Shown here: piece by piece, positions 43,941 through 54,275 of the stretch
Position numbering within the stretch: position 1 is the first letter of the stretch
How the letters are laid out: the number at the start of each line of letters is the position of its first letter
DNA from: an uncultured Planctomycetales bacterium
GTDB taxonomy: Bacteria > Omnitrophota > Gorgyraeia > Zapsychrales > Fredricksoniimonadaceae
Direction: 5' to 3'
Length of the DNA stretch: 64,000 bases
Assembly: GCA_964583975.1 (NCBI GenBank)
Contig: CAZOXU010000004.1
Location: 6,100-70,099, forward strand
Made by a program: the position numbers and the translations under genes
The notes under the pieces: model-generated
Seen by the model: only the letters and a program-made list of their open reading frames with translations
The model's database searches: none
Told to the model about the DNA's origin: nothing

Positions 43941-44959
43941 CGCTCTTTAATGGCTTGTTTTAATTCATCTAATTCGATAGCCACAGCCCCCATCTTTCCT
44001 ACAACAACGCCTGCTGCATAATTGGAAATATCCGCAGCCTGACGGCGATTGGCTCCAGAAGCCAAAGACAAAGCAAACACTGAAATTACTGTATCGCCCG
44101 CACCAGACACATCAAACACTTCTTGAGCACGCGTGGCAATAGGAAAAGGTTTTTTATTAGGTTCAAATAAATACATGCCATGTTCGCCTAAAGTAATCAA
44201 AAGCGAATCAATCCCTAAGAAATTCAGCAATCCCTGGCCATTAGCTTCAATTTCTTCTTTTTTATCTAATTTTGTCGATACAATCCCAAAAGATTTTCTA
44301 ATTTCTTCAGAGATAGATCTGAGTGCAGTTTCTGCTTCTTTTTTATTAGGAGTTACACTGGAGACATGGCCATAAAATCGTAAATCATCGACCTTTGGAT
44401 CAACAATCACAGGAATGTTCTTCTTCATAGCGAGCTGGTGGACTTGGGTTAAAAGACTCGAATCAATCATGCCCTTGCCGTAATCAGAGATGACAATGCA
44501 TTGGAATTCATGAATATTTCGAACTAAATAGGGAAAAATTTTTTCTTCTTTGACTCGACTATCTTTTCCTTTGACAACACCTTCTCTGTCAACACGCACC
44601 ACTTGCTGGTGTTGGGCGATAATCCGAGTTTTAAGGATTGTTTCAATACTAGGGTCAACAAATACACCATGCGTATTGATCTTACGTTTAGTTAATTCTT
44701 TAGTTAATGTCTTTCCCTGGAGATCATCGCCAATTTTACCCAGAATGGTCACCTTGGCTCCCAAACTCGCTAAATTATTGGCCACATTAGCTGCCCCGCC
44801 TGGTGTATAAAAAGATTCTTGCTGCAGCACAACCGGAACAGGTGCTTCAGGAGAAATACGCGTTACAGAGCCCTTGATGTATTGGTCTAGCACCAAATCG
44901 CCAATAACCAACACAGGCCTCTTCTTAAATTTTGAAATAATTGAGTCGTATTTAGACAT
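43937..44959 (-). CDS. D-glycero-beta-D-manno-heptose-7-phosphate kinase (RfaE domain I-like, PfkB family, kinase domain only)
   Basis: PfkB carbohydrate kinase motifs (GAGDTV). Adjacent to the kds genes. Confidence 0.7.
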   Translation of the reverse strand: MSKYDSIISKFKKRPVLVIGDLVLDQYIKGSVTRISPEAPVPVVLQQESFYTPGGAANVANNLASLGAKVTILGKIGDDLQGKTLTKELTKRKINTHGVFVDPSIETILKTRIIAQHQQVVRVDREGVVKGKDSRVKEEKIFPYLVRNIHEFQCIVISDYGKGMIDSSLLTQVHQLAMKKNIPVIVDPKVDDLRFYGHVSSVTPNKKEAETALRSISEEIRKSFGIVSTKLDKKEEIEANGQGLLNFLGIDSLLITLGEHGMYLFEPNKKPFPIATRAQEVFDVSGAGDTVISVFALSLASGANRRQAADISNYAAGVVVGKMGAVAIELDELKQAIKER

Positions 44960-45073
44960 AAGTTTAACAAATTGAACTATTTGGGATCTATTAAATCACC
45001 TTAGCCTTATAAAAACGGGGCATTCTAGCACAGTTTCTAGAGGTCGTCTATAAGGAAAAATGGCGAAAGATGA

Positions 45074-45478
45074 TCATTTTCTGACAAATAGTGGCTTATA
45101 TAAATGCCCATAAGCAGTCATGGCTAAAATATGCGCCAAACCCATAAATCCAGGAAGAAGCAAATTTGTTGGCTCAGGAGTCAAGAAAGCGTGAAATAGA
45201 ATAATATGCAAGGTAATAGGAGCCAGGATAACCAAGGCCAAAGCTGGTGATAAATTGAACAAAAGAAAAAATCCACCAAAAGTCTCAGTAGATTTAAGGA
45301 GTGGAAAAAAATAACCTGTTCCCATAATACCCTTCATGAACCCCGTGGCAGCCTCTGACATAGGTTGAGAAGAAGGCATAGGCATAAACCCAAAAGCTAT
45401 AGCTAAACCCATCCCTCCGAATACAAAATAAATCAATCCTAGTAGAATTCTCGCTGCCATTTGAATTTTAGATATCAT
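45074..45478 (-). CDS. DoxX-family membrane protein
   Basis: 134 aa with 4 TM helices and a DoxX-like pattern. Confidence 0.55.
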   Translation of the reverse strand: MISKIQMAARILLGLIYFVFGGMGLAIAFGFMPMPSSQPMSEAATGFMKGIMGTGYFFPLLKSTETFGGFFLLFNLSPALALVILAPITLHIILFHAFLTPEPTNLLLPGFMGLAHILAMTAYGHLYKPLFVRK

Positions 45479-45568
45479 AAATATTCTCCTTATTTAAATT
45501 GAGTCTCTTTACGCTTCTATTCTTTTAGCATAAAAATCTGAGGTCTGTTACTAATTTTAATTGGAAGA

Positions 45569-45772
45569 TTATAAACCGAGTAATTCTGGAATCTTGGTGA
45601 CAGGAACGATATTAATAATGATTGGAGTGAAACCAGTAAGATTATCTAAGTTAGGCAGGTTTAATTTTGATAGATCTAAAAAAGAATCACCTAAATTACC
45701 ATTTTCATAAATTTTTATCTTATCAGCTTGAAAGTCAATACCACCCTTCATTGCACTGTCGGATTTCGGCAT
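45569..45772 (-). CDS. hypothetical 67-aa ORF, no recognisable features
   Basis: ORF only. It lies in a 430-nt AT-rich spacer and has no clear RBS. Confidence 0.15.
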   Translation of the reverse strand: MPKSDSAMKGGIDFQADKIKIYENGNLGDSFLDLSKLNLPNLDNLTGFTPIIINIVPVTKIPELLGL

Positions 45773-45907
45773 TGGATCATTGCCTCTTACCTGATCAGCC
45801 TCATCTGTAGTTTCGCAAGCTCAATTTTTCCAAAAAACCTATTGCATCCCAATCCTACTAGATATAGGATAGCAACAGTATTAACCCACACTATCTAGGT
45901 ATTCAAC

Positions 45908-47455
45908 ATGAATGTCGTCATATTAAACCCTTCTTTCGGAAATAATTTCGTTAGAGTTGCTCGCTGGTCTGCCAAATCTCGCGGACGCGTTCAACGTCAT
46001 CCAGAATATCTTTTAACAGCTGCACAAGTTCTCATTGATGCTGGCCATAATGTCCACTACGTCGAAGCTGCTGCCCGTAATTTTTCTGTTGAAGAATCCA
46101 TTGAAACAACCTTGTCGCATCAACCAGAACTTCTGGTTATGCATGTAACCACCCCTTCAATTTACGCTGATATTGAACAAGCCCGAACCATCAAAGATAA
46201 AGCCCATTGTAAGGTTGTATTCATTGGCCAGCATGCAACCGCTGAAGTTGATAACACATTTGAAATAGGCAAAGGCGTTGTTGATTATATTCTTCCTCGT
46301 GAATACGACTATACCTTACGTGATCTAGCCAATGGCATTCCTGATGAAAAAAATCTAGGACTTTGCTGGCTTAAAGATGGGGCAGTCAGAAAAAATGTAG
46401 CTCGACCTGACATTGATGTTAATGAGCTTCCTTTCCCAGCTTGGCAATTAATTCAACCAGAATGGTACCCTGATGGTGGAAAGAAATTCCCTTTTCTCAC
46501 CCTTATGACTGGTCGTGGTTGCAATAATGCTTGTACGTTCTGCCGTGATCCTCAATTAATGTATGGTTATAAATTACGTAATCGCTCGGCTGAACTTGTA
46601 GTTGCTGAAATGGAACATGATCTAAAACTACATCCTCAAATCCGTGAAATCATGTTTGAAACCGACACCTTTGCTGCTGAACGCGAACACGTCATTAAGG
46701 TTTGCAATCTCATCATTGAAAAAGGCATCAATAAACGTATTAGCTGGTCTTGTAACATGCGCGTTAACACCGACTTGGATCTTTTGCCTTTGATGCGTAA
46801 AGCGGGCTGTCGCATGCTCATGACTGGTTTTGAGTTTGGAACCGATGAAAATTTACGAGTAATCCGCAAAGGCGGCGTTTCAGTAGATATGGCCCGTAAA
46901 TATTCTGATGAAGCCCATAAACATGGTTTCACCATCCATGGTTGCTTTATGATTGGTGCTCCAGGAGAAACCAAGGAAAGCGCCCGTAAAACTATTGAAT
47001 TAGCTAAATCCATGCCTTTAGACACTATTCAGATCACTGGTGTTGCCTCTTATCCAGGAACTTCTCTATATAAATGGGCCAAGGAAAAGAATTATATTCT
47101 AGCGAAAGACTGGCGCGACTGGCTTACTCCCGCTGGCGAACAACGCACCTTGCTTTCCTACCCCCAATTTTCGCATAAAGACATCGATGAGCATATTGAT
47201 ATTGGCTTAAAAGAATTTTATATGCGCCCTAAACAGATTTGGCGCATGTTTATCACCATAAATTCAATTGGTGATTTATTAAGAAAAGTTTACGGATTTA
47301 ATGCCTTTGTAAACTATTTTGCCCAGAAATTTGTACGTGTCATTAAAGGCCAAGGTCTCCATGAGAAACCTAAAACCAAATTCTTACATAGGACTATCGG
47401 CATTAAAAGAGAGTCGACAAATAGCCCTGTTGCAGTATTGACACCAGCTTCATAA
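45908..47455 (+). CDS. B12-binding (class B) radical SAM enzyme of unknown substrate
   Basis: N-terminal cobalamin-binding Rossmann-like domain followed by GCNNACTFC (CxxxCxxC). Confidence 0.8.
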   Translation: MNVVILNPSFGNNFVRVARWSAKSRGRVQRHPEYLLTAAQVLIDAGHNVHYVEAAARNFSVEESIETTLSHQPELLVMHVTTPSIYADIEQARTIKDKAHCKVVFIGQHATAEVDNTFEIGKGVVDYILPREYDYTLRDLANGIPDEKNLGLCWLKDGAVRKNVARPDIDVNELPFPAWQLIQPEWYPDGGKKFPFLTLMTGRGCNNACTFCRDPQLMYGYKLRNRSAELVVAEMEHDLKLHPQIREIMFETDTFAAEREHVIKVCNLIIEKGINKRISWSCNMRVNTDLDLLPLMRKAGCRMLMTGFEFGTDENLRVIRKGGVSVDMARKYSDEAHKHGFTIHGCFMIGAPGETKESARKTIELAKSMPLDTIQITGVASYPGTSLYKWAKEKNYILAKDWRDWLTPAGEQRTLLSYPQFSHKDIDEHIDIGLKEFYMRPKQIWRMFITINSIGDLLRKVYGFNAFVNYFAQKFVRVIKGQGLHEKPKTKFLHRTIGIKRESTNSPVAVLTPAS

Positions 47456-47503
47456 TGTGATAAATTTTTTTAGTTTATAACCAATACTTTAAAGGAGTAA
47501 TTT

Positions 47504-47788
47504 ATGGCTCACGTAGTTACTGAACCTTGTATTAAATGCAAATACACTGATTGTGTTACAGTTTGTCCTGTCGATTGCTTTCATGAAGATGCTGAAATGC
47601 TTGTGATTGATCCTGAAGTTTGTATTGATTGTGGTGCTTGTATTCCAGAATGCCCTGTGCAAGCCATCTATACCGATGGTGATACTCCAGAAAAATGGAA
47701 AAGCTTTGTGAGTTTAAATGCTTCAAAAGCTAAAGAATTACCAATGATTAACCAAAAGAAAACCCCTTTAGCTCCACCAAAGTCATAA
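47504..47788 (+). CDS. fdxA: 7Fe (3Fe-4S plus 4Fe-4S) ferredoxin, FdxA type
   Basis: [18 protein letters not shown] and [12 protein letters not shown] cluster motifs. Confidence 0.85.
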   Translation: MAHVVTEPCIKCKYTDCVTVCPVDCFHEDAEMLVIDPEVCIDCGACIPECPVQAIYTDGDTPEKWKSFVSLNASKAKELPMINQKKTPLAPPKS

Positions 47789-47806
47789 ATTAACATGTTT
47801 ACTTAA

Positions 47807-47846
47807 ATAATCCCTAGGCCACTTACGGTCTAGGGATTATTTTTTT
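47807..47846 (+). terminator. rho-independent terminator (11-bp perfect stem ataatccctag/ctagggattat followed by T6)
   Basis: Seen directly, 19 nt after the ferredoxin stop. Confidence 0.7.
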
Positions 47847-47851
47847 ATCCT

Positions 47852-48163
47852 ATGAAACGACAACTCAAAACCAAATGGAACATTCAAAGTGATCGAGATT
47901 TCTGGCTTATCATGCTGACCTTCTCGCTTGCTGGAATGGCTATTTCTTTGGTTAGGATTGTTATATTTCCTCTGTTAGGAATATCCCATACCACCCCGTT
48001 ATGGCTGGTTATTATCTGCTACATTCCTCCAGCCTTTATTTGCTACCAACTTGGTCTCTTATTTTTTGGAACAATCTTAGGACAGTTTAAATTCTTCTGG
48101 GAATGGGAAAAGAATATGCTTAGACGTCTCGGTTTAATTCGCACTAAAAACGTAAAGCATTAA
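47852..48163 (+). CDS. small 3-TM membrane protein of unknown function
   Basis: 103-aa hydrophobic ORF. It starts 6 nt after the terminator T-run, and its 3' end overlaps the convergent DUF420 gene by 30 nt. Confidence 0.3.
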   Translation: MKRQLKTKWNIQSDRDFWLIMLTFSLAGMAISLVRIVIFPLLGISHTTPLWLVIICYIPPAFICYQLGLLFFGTILGQFKFFWEWEKNMLRRLGLIRTKNVKH

Positions 48164-48559
48164 ATAAATTACGACTCCAGTTACTGATACGTAAACCCAG
48201 GTAGGATACAACCAGCGGGTAATACGGGTATGCTTATCGAATTGACCTTTTAAGGCATAACGAATTGACATAATAATAAACGGAACAATTAATACCGCTA
48301 AAGGCGTGTGCGTACCTAATATAAAGAAATATATTGCTCTCTTAATCCCCTGCCCTTGATAATACGTAATTCCTCTAGAAGTAAAATGATAATATAGATA
48401 CGTACATAAAAATAATGCAGATGAAGCAAAAGCGCATTTCATAAACAAGGTATGCAAATTCTGGTCTTTTCGCTTAATGGCAATAAAACCCAATACCAAA
48501 AAAAGACCTGCCAAGGCATTTAAAGAAGCATTAATGGTGGGAAGCAATGGTAAATTCAT
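48134..48559 (-). CDS. DUF420-family membrane protein (commonly found with cytochrome oxidase clusters)
   Basis: 141 aa with 4 TM helices. Last gene of the cox/cta operon. Confidence 0.55.
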   Translation of the reverse strand: MNLPLLPTINASLNALAGLFLVLGFIAIKRKDQNLHTLFMKCAFASSALFLCTYLYYHFTSRGITYYQGQGIKRAIYFFILGTHTPLAVLIVPFIIMSIRYALKGQFDKHTRITRWLYPTWVYVSVTGVVIYLMLYVFSAN

Positions 48560-49416
48560 AGAATATTATCGAAGAGAATGAATGCAAACAACAACGGAAG
48601 ATAAAATACGGTAGAAATAAGAATCTTACGCGCATTAAGCTTAGAAGGATCTTTTTGGAATTTCCATGCATGCCAAATAAGCACCATTCCTAAAGCAAAC
48701 GCACCATAGAAATATAATCTTCCTGTCATTCCAATGAATGAAGGCATAATAGAGAAACTAATCAACGCGAAGCTAAAAACCATGATCTGCGCAATAGTAA
48801 AACGACTATCAGGATAAACAACTGGAAGCATCTTAAACCCAGCTTTTTTATAATCATCCTTAAATATCCAGGCAATGGAATAAAAATGTGGATGTTGCCA
48901 GGCAAAAAGAATTAAAAATAAAATCCATGCTTCAACACCTAACTCGCCTCTAGCAGCGGCCCATCCACCCATAGCTGGAATAGCTCCAGGGATAGCGCCA
49001 ATAGTTGTATTTAGCCAGCTGAGCTTTTTCATAGGCGTGTAGACAAGCACATATAAAAATGAAGTTAAGAGACTTAAGAAAGCTGTCAGTAAATTGACTC
49101 CCACACAAAGAACTGTTAGTCCAAACAAAATCAAACTAATCCCAAAACCTAAAGCATTGGCAGCAGAGATCAATCCTGAAGGAATAGGTCTATGGCGGGT
49201 TCGATCCATTAAAGCATCGACATCACGCTCTAAATAATGATTAAGCACCCCCGAACCTGCACATGTCAGACCAGCCCCTATTAAGGTTATTAACATCCGC
49301 CATGGATGATGAAAACCATCGGCCAAATAAAAACCTAAAGCCGTAGTAACAAGGATTAATCCATTGATACTGGGTTTAGTTAATTCAATATAGGCATCAA
49401 TTATTTTTCGATTCAT
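48556..49416 (-). CDS. ctaB: protoheme IX farnesyltransferase (heme O synthase)
   Basis: UbiA-fold with DVDALMDRTRHRPIPSG. Confidence 0.85.
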   Translation of the reverse strand: MNRKIIDAYIELTKPSINGLILVTTALGFYLADGFHHPWRMLITLIGAGLTCAGSGVLNHYLERDVDALMDRTRHRPIPSGLISAANALGFGISLILFGLTVLCVGVNLLTAFLSLLTSFLYVLVYTPMKKLSWLNTTIGAIPGAIPAMGGWAAARGELGVEAWILFLILFAWQHPHFYSIAWIFKDDYKKAGFKMLPVVYPDSRFTIAQIMVFSFALISFSIMPSFIGMTGRLYFYGAFALGMVLIWHAWKFQKDPSKLNARKILISTVFYLPLLFAFILFDNIL

Positions 49417-50411
49417 CGGGCCTTTAATTGTTTAAGAAAATCCCTCCAAGTAATCGGTGACGAACGAAGCAACAAAAGAAAACTAAGTCCCAAGACCACT
49501 GCACCGATTGTCACATGTAAAGTTGTTACGATAAATTCTTTTCTAAATAGAACCGTTGCAATCCCTAGCATAATCTGAATAGCCACGGCAATGTTTAACA
49601 AAAACAATGTTTTCATGATCCAGGGCTTATTTAAATATTTTTGATATGCTAAATAATTAATATATAACAATTTCAGCAAGATAAGCGACGCCCAAATTCG
49701 GTGCATGAAATGAATATGTACCTGCCCTATTGTAACGGGATCCATATTATTCTCAAAACGCCAGGCATTGATACGTTCTAACATAGCTTTATTCATAGTT
49801 GGGATCAATGTCCCTCCCGTGGTTGGAAAATCAGGAATAGCCAAACCTGATTCTGTATGACGCATCCAATTACCAAGAATCAATTGAATATAGACCATGC
49901 CAGTCAATATAAGAACAAATCTAATCCACTTGCCATCAGCCACCTCATCTAAATTCTTGCGATGTTGCTGCTCTAAAGATAATAGATACGCGATCAGGAC
50001 AAGAATTAAAAGAAATGTTTGAGCTAAGATGCCATGCATCATAGAAAGCCAGACAGGCAAAAAGAACTTAACCGTTAGCCCTCCTAAGACACCTTGAGCG
50101 ACAACGGTCAAGAAAGCAACTAATCCAAGACGTTTGAGATTTGCACTAACCTTACTTCTCCACAACCAAACACATAAGAAGAGTGTTAGAAGTCCGACGA
50201 CAGAAGCCAACATTCGGTGGGTATGTTCATACTTTATTCCTCCGACCATTTGATCTAGAGGAAAAGCAAACATGAAATGGCCGTAAGTCGTTGGCCAATC
50301 AGGAACAGATAAGCCAGATTCAGTACTTTTAACCAAGCCTCCCAAGAAAATAAGACCAAGAGTCAAAAGCACAAGGAACTTAGAAAAGAACCTTAATCCA
50401 GTAAGTTTCAT
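49413..50411 (-). CDS. ctaA: heme A synthase (COX15/CtaA)
   Basis: 8-TM protein with conserved His pairs (HRMLAS, HFMHRIWA). Confidence 0.75.
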   Translation of the reverse strand: MKLTGLRFFSKFLVLLTLGLIFLGGLVKSTESGLSVPDWPTTYGHFMFAFPLDQMVGGIKYEHTHRMLASVVGLLTLFLCVWLWRSKVSANLKRLGLVAFLTVVAQGVLGGLTVKFFLPVWLSMMHGILAQTFLLILVLIAYLLSLEQQHRKNLDEVADGKWIRFVLILTGMVYIQLILGNWMRHTESGLAIPDFPTTGGTLIPTMNKAMLERINAWRFENNMDPVTIGQVHIHFMHRIWASLILLKLLYINYLAYQKYLNKPWIMKTLFLLNIAVAIQIMLGIATVLFRKEFIVTTLHVTIGAVVLGLSFLLLLRSSPITWRDFLKQLKAR

Positions 50412-50427
50412 CGGGTCTCTTTAATAA

Positions 50428-52680
50428 TTATTTCTTCATATACCTAAGGGCAAACCAATACAGCCCAGGTAATAAGAATAAAAGCGGAGCGATTGCAAGA
50501 ATAGTAAAGAAAAATTCTTTTGGGTCGATCCCAGGATTAATCAGCTTGGCTCTTTCCACACCATTGAGATGTAAAATATAACTTTCCACATCAGCAATCT
50601 GTTCCTGAGTCATCGTATTGGAATCTCCAAAATTAGGCATATTAAGACCACCTTCTGGATTAGGTGATCCATGCTGAATAAAAATATCTATTCTATTAAT
50701 AAAGGTCTGCACATCTTTACTATAAAAATTCTCTGGAATAGGATTAAGCGCAGGCACTCCCTTTTCAGCTTTAAATCCTTTGGCTTTTGGATTGCCATGA
50801 GGACCATGACACATCAAACACTGCTGATTATAAATAATTTTTCCATGTTCAAAATTACCAACGATACTGGTAGATTTTCCAACAGCCGTTCTATCGGTAG
50901 TCGCACCAGATTCTTCACCACCAGCTGGAGCAGCCTCAGGTGTTCGCGTTTCTAATGATTTTATAAATTCAACTAAAGAGTTGAGCTGTGGCTCCTGCAC
51001 CCGATTAGCAAAAGAAGGCATAATACTCGTTGGATTATGAACTTGTGGTGTCATAATTTGAGTTTTAAGCCACTCTTTATCTCTTTTTTCTTTAATCATG
51101 GACGCCATTAAGTCTGGACCGGCTTTAAAGCTTTTTCTTCCTCTAATATCATGGCATTGTGCACAAGCGAGAGCATTAAAGACCTGTTGGCCTTGGGCCT
51201 CACCAGATAAAGCATTACCACTAGGATCCACCGCTGCAACAACAGCAGCAGGAGTAACTGGCTCTTGCTTAGGCGTTAAACCTTCTAAATAATTAAGAAG
51301 CAAATTGACATTCTTATCACTCAAATGAGAATAAGGCGGCATAATTGTTTTAGCATTATGTTCCTGAGGAGCAATAATTTGAGTATACATCCATGCTCTT
51401 GTACGATTATTAGCTTTAGAAGTATACAAATCTGGCCCTTGTTTGCTAGAAGTTGTTCCATTAGCCGTATGACATTCTGTACATCCGAGCGTTTTAAATA
51501 ATTTCTCGCCTGTAATATTTTGATCTGCATTAGCGACTTCAACAGCTTCTTCTGCATCTTTAGGAGACATGTGCTCAACTTGTTCATAACTCTTTGTTTT
51601 ATCTAATTCAGCTTGGGCTAACGGACTGACATAAATTTGTCCTAACCATGTTAGCCATAAAACAACAGCCACAAAACCAAAACCACTTAGAATCACAACC
51701 CATCTTTTAAACGGATTTCGATCTGGCCCTTTATCTAGGAATGGTAAAGATCCAAATAATAAAACAATAATAAAAGGAACACCCGCCGTACCAATCCATT
51801 CTAAATGTCCTGGTAAGTATTTAAGTAATTGATAGAGGAAAAGGAAATTCCATTCTGGCTTAGGTGTATAAAGAGTATCCTTAGGATCAGCTGCACCTGA
51901 GAATTCTGGAGGATAAAAGGCTGATAAATAAACTAACAAAAGAAAAATTAAAACTGACATCACAATGTCTTTAAAGATTTGTTCTGGCCAGAAATATCCA
52001 ACCTTCTTTTGGCGTTTCTTTTCATCCCATGGACCAGCTTCACCATTTCTTCTAAAAGCAATCAAGTGAAGGACCACAAATAAAGCAATCGCCCCAGGAA
52101 GTAATGCCACATGCATGACATACATACGAAGAAGAGCCAGCTGCCCCATCTCATTACCACCTTGCATTAAGGTTTGTGTCATGGGACCTACAAGAGGAAC
52201 GCTTCCTGCAATACCAATACCTACCTGCCCTGCCCAATATCCTTTTTTATCCCAAGGAAGCACTGGGCCTGAAAACATAAAAAGGGCTGTTAAAATAATC
52301 AATAAAATACCAATGAACCATACCAATTCACGAGGCTTCTTATAAGAACCCCAAATAAAAACACGCAGAGCATGAAGACCAACAGTAATCGTAAAAAGAG
52401 TACCACCCCACTTATGAAAACCATTCATCAGCCATCCAAAAGGCACTTCTCGTCGTAAATAAGCATAGCTAGAATAGGCATGATCAACGGTAGGAACATA
52501 ATAAAATAGTTGCCAAATACCTGTAACAATTTGGATCATTAAAAGAAACATACAAGCGCTTCCTAATGTATAAGAAAAACGAGTTCCGCCTGGAATTTCT
52601 TCATGTAAAAAATCTGTAAAGAAAGAAACCAATCCTGTGCGTTCTTCAACCCAATTTTTCGCTTGATCCAAAATCTTCAT
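50428..52680 (-). CDS. fused cytochrome b6 / subunit IV / tri-heme cytochrome c of a b6f-type bc complex
   Basis: The N-terminal roughly 260 aa is a cytochrome b6-like heme-binding core. It is followed by the subunit-IV motif PEWNFLFLYQLLK and a C-terminal soluble region with three CxxCH motifs (CTECH, CAQCH, CLMCH). Confidence 0.8.
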   Translation of the reverse strand: MKILDQAKNWVEERTGLVSFFTDFLHEEIPGGTRFSYTLGSACMFLLMIQIVTGIWQLFYYVPTVDHAYSSYAYLRREVPFGWLMNGFHKWGGTLFTITVGLHALRVFIWGSYKKPRELVWFIGILLIILTALFMFSGPVLPWDKKGYWAGQVGIGIAGSVPLVGPMTQTLMQGGNEMGQLALLRMYVMHVALLPGAIALFVVLHLIAFRRNGEAGPWDEKKRQKKVGYFWPEQIFKDIVMSVLIFLLLVYLSAFYPPEFSGAADPKDTLYTPKPEWNFLFLYQLLKYLPGHLEWIGTAGVPFIIVLLFGSLPFLDKGPDRNPFKRWVVILSGFGFVAVVLWLTWLGQIYVSPLAQAELDKTKSYEQVEHMSPKDAEEAVEVANADQNITGEKLFKTLGCTECHTANGTTSSKQGPDLYTSKANNRTRAWMYTQIIAPQEHNAKTIMPPYSHLSDKNVNLLLNYLEGLTPKQEPVTPAAVVAAVDPSGNALSGEAQGQQVFNALACAQCHDIRGRKSFKAGPDLMASMIKEKRDKEWLKTQIMTPQVHNPTSIMPSFANRVQEPQLNSLVEFIKSLETRTPEAAPAGGEESGATTDRTAVGKSTSIVGNFEHGKIIYNQQCLMCHGPHGNPKAKGFKAEKGVPALNPIPENFYSKDVQTFINRIDIFIQHGSPNPEGGLNMPNFGDSNTMTQEQIADVESYILHLNGVERAKLINPGIDPKEFFFTILAIAPLLFLLPGLYWFALRYMKK

Positions 52681-52685
52681 AAATC

Positions 52686-53216
52686 TTATGCCTCTACTTT
52701 CTCATGAATACCGGCTTTATAATTTTTCCATTGAACATATAATTGTCCACCTTCAACCTTATGAGGCAATGTGTCTAAAGGACGTGGTGACGGCCCAGCA
52801 ATACATGTACCCTTTTCATCAAACACGCTTCCGTGACAAGGACATTTAAATGTTTTATCAGACCAGGAGACTCGGCAATTTAAATGTGGGCAGACTGGAG
52901 AATAAACCGTAGCTTCAGAATCAGAATGTTTAATAACTAAAATATCATAGATTTCCGTATCTTTAATAAAAGCTTGTTCATGAACTTCATCAAAAGTCAT
53001 CTTTGTAGGCACCCCAATCGGAATAGCTGGAAAATTCTGCACCTTAATAAATTTTCCTTCCTTAGTCATTGAGGAGACTGGAAGAAGAAATGAAATAAAG
53101 GGCCATGTCATAAAAATTCCCAAAAACCCAGAAAAAGAAGCTATCAAGATTTTACAAAAATCACGACGTTGTAAATCTTCCGGATCTGTTCGAGGTGTTT
53201 TTGTATGACTAGTCAT
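52686..53216 (-). CDS. Rieske 2Fe-2S protein (b6f/Bacillus type)
   Basis: CPHLNC and CPCHGS boxes, with a Tat-like RRDFCK signal. Start taken at MTSHTK. Confidence 0.85.
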   Translation of the reverse strand: MTSHTKTPRTDPEDLQRRDFCKILIASFSGFLGIFMTWPFISFLLPVSSMTKEGKFIKVQNFPAIPIGVPTKMTFDEVHEQAFIKDTEIYDILVIKHSDSEATVYSPVCPHLNCRVSWSDKTFKCPCHGSVFDEKGTCIAGPSPRPLDTLPHKVEGGQLYVQWKNYKAGIHEKVEA

Positions 53217-53955
53217 GAATCCCTTTCTGCTGTTGTATCCAATCATCATATTCTGGTTTAGTTAAAACATTTAAAACAGCTCGCATACGATAATGTCCCA
53301 AACCACATAGTTGCGAACAAACGATGTCATATTGTCCTACCTTATTAGGTGTAAACCATACAAAGGTGCTCATACCTGGAATAATATCTTGTTTGACACG
53401 CATAGCTGGGATACCCAAACTATGAATAACATCCTTACTTGTCAAACGAATAAGCACAGTTTGATCAACTGGAACATAAATCTGGTTCATGGTAGTGATA
53501 TCATCTTTAACGTTAGGATCTTCTGGATCAAGTCCTAAGGTATTATCTTCTAAAAATTTAGCCCCCACTCTTCCAAACTTGTTGTCTGGACCAGCATAGT
53601 GAACATTCCAGGCAAATTGTTGAGCGACCACTCTAATTTCTAATAAATTCTTACCTTCAGGGATTGCTGCGATATTAGTTGCCCAAAAAGGTATTGAAAA
53701 TATAAATAATAATGAAAACTCTATCGCAACAACAATCCACTCAACAACTGAAGATACATGATGAGCCGTTGGAGAATCTTTAACTTTAGGGTGGACTGAT
53801 TTTCTAAACTTAAACAAAACAACAATAAAATACAACCCCCAACCAACAAACAAAATTAAAATAAGCCCATGAATTAAATACATCAATAAATCAAGATGGG
53901 CGCCTTCATTGGATGCTAAAGGCTGCATAGGTAATAATTTATTTAAAATATCCAT
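53209..53955 (-). CDS. coxB: cytochrome c oxidase subunit II (CuA, no fused cytochrome c)
   Basis: 2 N-terminal TM helices and a cupredoxin domain with H...CSQLCGLGHYRM CuA ligands. Confidence 0.85.
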   Translation of the reverse strand: MDILNKLLPMQPLASNEGAHLDLLMYLIHGLILILFVGWGLYFIVVLFKFRKSVHPKVKDSPTAHHVSSVVEWIVVAIEFSLLFIFSIPFWATNIAAIPEGKNLLEIRVVAQQFAWNVHYAGPDNKFGRVGAKFLEDNTLGLDPEDPNVKDDITTMNQIYVPVDQTVLIRLTSKDVIHSLGIPAMRVKQDIIPGMSTFVWFTPNKVGQYDIVCSQLCGLGHYRMRAVLNVLTKPEYDDWIQQQKGIHD

Positions 53956-53958
53956 AAT

Positions 53959-54270
53959 TTAATTAGTTCTATAATCACTAGGTGTTCTTGGTGAATAGCC
54001 GACATCCCAAGCTGGCCAAAATACTAGAGTCACAAAAACAATTAACGTCAAAAGTAACAATAGATGTATTGTTTTCCTTTTAGTCGTCAAATGCATAAAG
54101 AAATACGCCAATATGCTTGCCTCTGTTATGGCCACAGTTACAATCAAAAAAATACCTAAAAGTTTTAATTGAAGATGATGAATAAAGATAATGCAGCCTG
54201 TTAAGGCAAGGATACTAAAATAAATGAAAATATCTTTCTTAAAATCTGATTTTTCTGAAATATCTGACAT
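53959..54270 (-). CDS. cytochrome oxidase subunit IV-like small membrane protein
   Basis: 3 TM helices with an HHLQ...FMHL pattern like CtaF/CyoD. Start taken at MSDISEK to avoid overlapping coxC. Confidence 0.4.
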   Translation of the reverse strand: MSDISEKSDFKKDIFIYFSILALTGCIIFIHHLQLKLLGIFLIVTVAITEASILAYFFMHLTTKRKTIHLLLLLTLIVFVTLVFWPAWDVGYSPRTPSDYRTN

Positions 54271-54275
54271 AGGTC

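Noticed and set aside
45773-45907. Possible tRNA or small RNA in the long AT-rich spacer upstream of the rSAM gene
   Set aside because: No cloverleaf-compatible GC-rich 70-90-nt segment was found. It contains only weak partial inverted repeats (ctagatatagg / ctatctagg) that may be operator-like but are too degenerate to call.
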